Shown: positions 61,520 to 64,000 of the stretch, piece after piece
How the letters are laid out: every line of letters begins with the position of its first letter
Numbering within the stretch: position 1 is the first letter of the stretch
DNA from: Camelus ferus
Lineage: Eukaryota
Reading direction: 5' to 3'
DNA: 64,000 bases
Assembly (NCBI RefSeq): GCF_009834535.1
Contig: NC_045698.1
Location: 1,614,001 to 1,678,000 of the forward strand
The notes under the pieces: generated by a model
The model's database searches: none
Told to the model about the DNA's origin: nothing
What the model saw: only the letters and a program-made list of their open reading frames with translations
Translations under genes and position numbers: made by a program

Positions 61520-61658
61520 AGCTTCACTGAGATGTAATTGTCATATAACTTTGTATAAGTTAAAGGGGCACAACATAAATGATTTTTGACATGTGTATAT
61601 ATTGCAGAAAGATTGTACCAGAACAAGGTGGGCTGACACCTTCCACCTCACATGAGCG

Positions 61659-61692
<34 letters not shown>

Positions 61693-61790
61693 AGGAGCTT
61701 TAAAATCTACTCTCTTGGGAACTTTCAAATACACAATACAGTATTGACTGTGGTCACCACGCTGCTCCCTACACCCCAGAACTTCTCTTT
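61520..61790 (-). mobile_element. L1MA8/9-like 3' end containing (TG)15 at 61660-61689; resumes at 62445-62475
   Basis: cagcttcactgagatgtaattg...ctttaaaatctactctcttgggaactttcaaatacacaatacagtattgact...ccccagaactt. Confidence 0.8.
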
Positions 61791-62444
61791 TTTGGGATTT
61801 ATTTATTTATTTATTTTACAGACTGTTTTTGACTTTATTTTTATTGAAGTACAGTCAGGTTGCAATGTTGCATCAGTGTCTGCTGCACACCATGATGCTT
61901 CAGCCATCCATATATATACATATATTCCTTTTCGTATTCTTTCTCGTTATAGGTCACTACAAGATAGTGACTATAGTTCCCTGTGCTCTACAGAAAAACA
62001 ATGACAAAAAAAACTTGTTGTTTATCTGTTTTGTATACAGTCGTTAGCATCTGCAAATCCTGAACTCCCAATTTATCCATTTCCACTCCCTTTTCCCACC
62101 TGGTCACCGTTAAGTTAGCTTTCTATGTGTGTGATTCTGTTTCTGTTTTGTAAATAAGTTCATCTGTGTCATTTTGTTATTTTTTAGATTCCACAGATAC
62201 GTGACATTGTATTTTGCTTTCTCTTTCTGGCTTGCTTAGAATGATGATCTCCAGGACGATTCATGTTTCTGCAAATGGCATTTTACTATTTTTCATGGCT
62301 GAGTAGTGTTCCACTGTGTAGATACACTTCGATTTCTTTGCCCAGTCTTGGCTGTTGCGTCAATGTCTGGGCTGCTGTAAGCAGTGCTTCTGTGAGCACA
62401 GGGGCACAGGCGTCTCTTCAAATTAGAGCTTCCTCCAGATACGT
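61791..62444 (-). mobile_element. Camelid-type L1 3' fragment nested in L1MA
   Basis: Antisense 3'UTR and ORF2 end (ttattgaagtacagtcag...catggctgagtagtgttccactgtg); flanks gaacttctcttt (61779) and gaacttattctt (62445) resemble a TSD. Confidence 0.92.
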
Positions 62445-63199
62445 GAACTTATTCTTCTTAAAACTGGAATTTTGAAAACGGAAGGGACCACATCAGGTAT
62501 CACTCAGCACATCAACTGCTGCTAAGCTACAAGGAATTGTTAGTGGGATCCATCTGTCCAGAATAAAGCCTGTAACTTATAAGCATCTAAAACAAATATT
62601 TTCATGTGCTGCAAAAAAAAAAAGTTTTTGTGTACAATCAGGAATTTAAGTATTTAACAAATTCTAAAAGCTCTTTGTAGCCCCAGCTAACTCTGAGATG
62701 CTTTGAAGGAACCCTGAGGCATCTCACATGTTAAATTAACTAGGACAATTTGGTATGTTAAGCCGAATGTAATCAATCATGATTCTAATCATTGTAAACA
62801 AGTCTCTGTCAATCGCAGGTGTTTGACCATGTCTTCTAAGTCTTCGTCGTCACAGAGAGCTAAACTGCTGCTACAGGGAGCTGCATCTTCAGAAGGACTC
62901 ATGAAAAAGGCTTGAAAGCAGTTACAACAGTTGCACTTCAAGACGAGGGCTCTGTGAGGATTCCAGCACACGCCGCCCTCTGACGCGAAAACAAAGGCTG
63001 TCCTGCCCCTGCGGCCCCAGATTAGACGGTCAGAGATTTTCACTCCCTGACAGGCAGGGTCAACCCCCCTACTCAGCCCAGAAGTAATTTCAGAAGATGA
63101 ACCTTCGCCCATCTGCAGCCCCATAAGATTATGGGAGTGAAGTCTCTGAAGGGGGAACGAGACGGGAGGGAAGGGGGCAGGGCACAGCCACCCAAGGAA

Positions 63200-63675
63200 T
63201 GACAGCAATTAGCACCAAAGTCGGGGGAGACGCCACCCCCGGCTGGCCTTGAGGATTAAGATGGCGGGAGGTTTGACTTCTAGTAGACCCTGGGCTTCAC
63301 TGTCCGCTCATTGTGACGTATAAGCGTGATCGATAACATGCCCGCAGGCACGGCGGCAGTCCCCAGGCTGACTGCAAAAGGCCAAAGGATGGGTGGGGGC
63401 CCCAGTTCCCGGGAATCCAGCCTCGTCCCCGGGGTAGTGGGAACAGCCCCACCCGTAGGCGTGTGAAGCTACTGAGCCAGTAACAACGGGCAACACCGCG
63501 CCCGGCGGCCTTTCTCCGCTCCCGCCCCTTCGGAGATGGTCGCGCTGCCTGCGGGGAGCGCACCCACTTGTATTTTCACCCGAGCGCCCACCCCCGCGCC
63601 TCTCCCCTGGCCTTGCTCTCGCCCTGCACTCTGTGAGGTGTGCGTCTCCCTAAATAAACCTACCTTTGCTCAAAC
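63200..63675 (+). mobile_element. ERV1-type LTR (cetartiodactyl), strongly GC-shifted
   Basis: gattaagatggcgggaggtttgacttctagtagacc...aggctgactgcaaaaggccaaaggatggg...ccttcggagatgg...ctccctaAATAAAcc resembles recalled artiodactyl ERV1 LTRs. Confidence 0.6.
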
Positions 63676-63699
63676 AGACAGACAGAAAACCTGGAATCC

Positions 63700-63945
63700 T
63701 GCCCCTTTGACTTCTTCCATGTATCACAGCGCCCTCCGGGTCCACCTGTGACGGAAACAGCAGGCCCCCCGCTTCCTCGAGGTGAGTCACACACGTGCGC
63801 ACATGTGTGTGCAGCTCACGCATTCTTCACCAGCTCACCCGTCAGGCTGTCCTGTGCCCCGGCTGCCGTGAGTGGCGCTGCAGCGAACGCTGGGCTCAGG
63901 TACCACTTTGAGAGACCCTTCCTCTCCTAGGAGTGAATACCCAGA
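63700..63945 (-). mobile_element. L1 ORF2 C-terminal fragment (antisense), strongly GC-shifted
   Basis: 63861-63894 aligns without gaps to the reverse complement of 33709-33742 (24 of 34 identical); ends in aatacccaga. Confidence 0.7.
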
Positions 63946-64000
63946 CACTTACCTTTCCCCAAGCCCAGACTTTTAAAAGTTCACTTATGATGTTTACTTA

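Noticed and set aside
62789..62912. Protein-like minus-strand C-terminus FFMSPSEDAAPCSSSLALCDDEDLEDMVKHLRLTETCLQ as a terminal exon
   Set aside because: I recognise no protein match, the acceptor is weak, and the end overlaps a transcription-factor motif cluster. A BLASTP/TBLASTN hit with frame-preserving conservation would overturn this.

Overview
This is mammalian genomic DNA, very probably from a camelid: it carries three Vic-1-type tRNA-derived SINEs and camelid/artiodactyl-type L1 3' ends. Most of the window is GC- and CpG-rich, as in subtelomeric regions, and an AT-rich block of nested L1 fragments occupies about 24.4-36.9 kb. I found no protein-coding gene, RNA gene, CRISPR array or prokaryote-like system that I can support. 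The ORF-track hits are chance ORFs in GC-rich DNA, decayed L1 ORF2 pieces, or stop-free frames of a 1.1-kb (CCAT)n tract. The window reads as intergenic or intronic DNA with L1, L2, MIR, MaLR, ERV1/ERVL LTR, Tigger1 and MER58 remnants, tandem repeats, an orphan CpG island (about 48.3-50.3 kb) and several non-repetitive blocks rich in developmental transcription-factor motifs. The strongest unexplained signal is patchy, almost one-directional A/T-to-G/C divergence, with many new CpGs, in some repeat copies compared with sister copies in the same window. This fits fossil GC-biased gene conversion hotspots. Repeat family names come from recalled consensus sequences and need RepeatMasker/Dfam confirmation; boundaries of old repeats are approximate.
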